33,753 bases of DNA from a virus (lineage: Duplodnaviria > Caudoviricetes). Shown here piece after piece: positions 32,221-33,753 of the stretch (the first letter of the stretch is position 1; each line of letters opens with the position of its first letter). The notes beneath the pieces were generated by a model. The model did no database searches. It was not told the origin of the DNA and was given only the letters and a program-made list of their open reading frames with translations. The stretch spans positions 1 through 33,753 of the IMG/VR virus record IMGVR_UViG_3300022407_001572; one strand, written 5' to 3'. Made by a program: the position numbers and the translations under genes.

Positions 32221-32751
32221 TTAAATATCTATAAATCTTAAACTTGTCTTAGTCAAAACCTCCCCGTGATAATTAAACAGCGGATAGGTCGTTGCATTGT
32301 CATTCAAAAAGTCTAGCGTAGTTTCTTGATAAGATACCGCTATGCTTTGTAATTCTTTTACGTGTGAGCTTATCTGAATAGCTTCTACTGGTTCAGATTG
32401 TGGGTTAACCTTAGAGGTAACCCCATAGCTCGTTAAATTTAGTTGATTGTTTTTTGTAAGTCTTGCTAATGCGTAATAAGATACAATCGGCTTTAACCCG
32501 TAGTGTTTTTTACTCACTCCATTAATGGTCCACGTGGAACCATTAAGCAAAGCCTGATAAGCCGTGTACATCTGATCGGCCTGAACGAATACCTTAGTAA
32601 TAAAATCAAGATACAGTGGAGCGCCCAAGATCGAGAACAAGTCCAATACCTGAGCCTCGTTAATAAATACCTCTACCCTTTCCTGAGGGATGTTTTTTGA
32701 AATAGGACGGTAAGCCGCCATTTCTTCGCGTGTAACTATTAGGCTATCCAT
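32221..32751 (-). CDS. Head-tail adaptor/connector protein (176 aa)
   Basis: FINEAQ.LDL..ILG..LY, GLK....YYA.AR; immediately downstream of the portal. Confidence 0.65.
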   Translation of the reverse strand: MDSLIVTREEMAAYRPISKNIPQERVEVFINEAQVLDLFSILGAPLYLDFITKVFVQADQMYTAYQALLNGSTWTINGVSKKHYGLKPIVSYYALARLTKNNQLNLTSYGVTSKVNPQSEPVEAIQISSHVKELQSIAVSYQETTLDFLNDNATTYPLFNYHGEVLTKTSLRFIDI

Positions 32752-33753
32752 CTGCTATGTTCGGGTCGTTGTTTGGATCGCTATCTAAAAACAATGCTAT
32801 CTCATCTGATGAAAGGCCAAACTTACCAAGCATTAATTCTGCCTGCTCTCTTGTGATTGTTCCTTTTTCAAAGTCGGCAACATACTTTCTGAGGTTGCTA
32901 AATTCTTTGCGGCTTAACTTGGTAATGCCTGAATTAACAGCCGTTACCGCTGTAGCTGCCTGGACAGTATAGGTCTGCTCCTTTATCTTAAAATCTGATG
33001 CAATAGGCACATCCCAAAAAGAAAACAGGTACTTTAAAACTCTACTAACCGCTGCCCTTTTGTTACGGGTAATTGAGTTAAAATAAATGTAAGCCTGCTC
33101 CATGTTCTGCTGATTGAACATTCCAGTTTCAGGGCGAACCCCTAAAAGTTCCTTAGGCATCGCGTAGTTCTCCATGATTGCAGCCATAGAGGAACTTTCC
33201 GTGTACTGCCATTGAGTATCTACGTTAGTAGGTGAAAGAGTCTTAACCATCTTATCAATGTCAAACTCTCCATCTACTTCAATTCCTAAAATACCATTGG
33301 CACCTGTAGAACCTTTCTTCTTTCTAAGCTCCTCTATAAGATTATTGCGCTCCCCGTTAGCATTGGTAGGAGGTACCGCGATAATTGTAGTAGCCATGAA
33401 CCCATTCTGTAAAGCAGATACTTTGTAAACACCGGCTTCATATTGGGTTTGTGCGTGTTCAAAAACTGGATCAAATGTTGACTTAGGGTACTGTCCTTCT
33501 TCTGGAGTCCAATAGAATATCTGACCTTTGTAGTTTTCAATACCATCGCAGTCGGCTATTTCCTGAGCTACTACTTCTGGATCAGGATTAAAAATATGAT
33601 AAGACACTACCTTTCTAGTGGTATGTTGTGCCTTCATGTGATCTTGTTCCCAGTTGGTAGAGTATTTGATTTCGTCTACTCTACCGCTTTCGTCCGCCAG
33701 TCCAAGCCGGCAATACTCAAAAGGAATGTGATTGATTGAAGCTATCCGATCCT
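32744..33753 (-). CDS. Portal protein, 3' part (second allele; 5' end off the right edge)
   Basis: Frame is open to the window edge; FYWTP..YP, NGFMAT, ELLGV..G motifs; matches the 1-1246 ORF. Confidence 0.85.
   Translation of the reverse strand, partial: DRIASINHIPFEYCRLGLADESGRVDEIKYSTNWEQDHMKAQHTTRKVVSYHIFNPDPEVVAQEIADCDGIENYKGQIFYWTPEEGQYPKSTFDPVFEHAQTQYEAGVYKVSALQNGFMATTIIAVPPTNANGERNNLIEELRKKKGSTGANGILGIEVDGEFDIDKMVKTLSPTNVDTQWQYTESSSMAAIMENYAMPKELLGVRPETGMFNQQNMEQAYIYFNSITRNKRAAVSRVLKYLFSFWDVPIASDFKIKEQTYTVQAATAVTAVNSGITKLSRKEFSNLRKYVADFEKGTITREQAELMLGKFGLSSDEIALFLDSDPNNDPNIADG
32833..33750. repeat. Terminal direct repeat, copy B
   Basis: About 96% identical to 1-918, no indels. Confidence 0.97.

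Larger units (their letters stand above)
1..33753 (-). mobile_element. Tailed bacteriophage genome (siphovirus-like, probable Bacteroidota host), ~32,832-bp unit, opened within the portal gene
   Basis: Full set of terminase, portal, ClpP protease, capsid, tail, tape measure, lysis and replication genes; ends overlap by a 918-bp direct repeat; several TAnnTTTG promoter boxes. Confidence 0.95.

Noticed and set aside
23887-32972. Plus-strand ORFs within lysis, fibre and portal genes (23887, 24690, 25560, 26412, 28185, 28868, 30347, 31091, 31237, 32503, 32757)
   Set aside because: Antisense shadows; the one in the spanin gene is on the wrong strand and lacks a lipobox, so it is not an embedded o-spanin
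1-33753. CRISPR array, integrase, or alternative genetic code
   Set aside because: No regularly spaced repeats; no recombinase motifs recognised; genes are full length in the standard code with TAA, TAG and TGA all used as stops

Overview
The window is an essentially complete ~32.8-kb tailed-phage genome (siphovirus-like). The host is probably in Bacteroidota, judging by TAnnTTTG -7 promoter boxes, no obvious Shine-Dalgarno use, a DUF3127 gene and Bacteroidota-phage-type portal, capsid and tail-tube proteins. The genome is opened inside the portal gene: nt 1-918 recur at 32833-33750 as a second allele (~96% identical, differences almost all synonymous), giving a unit length of 32,832 bp. Almost all genes are on the minus strand. 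An early operon runs from ~22.9 kb (small ORFs, exonuclease, DUF3127, SNF2-helicase/MTase fusion, initiator, DnaB-like helicase, NinG, C5-MTase). It is followed by terminase, tail, head, portal, tail-fibre and lysis genes (holin, CHAP endolysin, u-spanin). A short plus-strand island lies at 23.0-23.8 kb. I found no integrase, CI-type repressor, tRNA, CRISPR or reverse transcriptase. Highlights: (i) a C5 methyltransferase split between two overprinted reading frames; (ii) two covarying pseudoknot-like 5' leaders before replication genes, plus promoter-and-terminator-bounded small RNAs; (iii) attC-like hairpins in the plus-strand island although no integrase is present; (iv) a -1 frameshifted tail chaperone in an unusual gene order; (v) several sub-60-aa genes missed by the ORF track, including a leaderless putative regulator and a very acidic first early peptide. 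All family calls come from motif recognition by eye, with no database searches.
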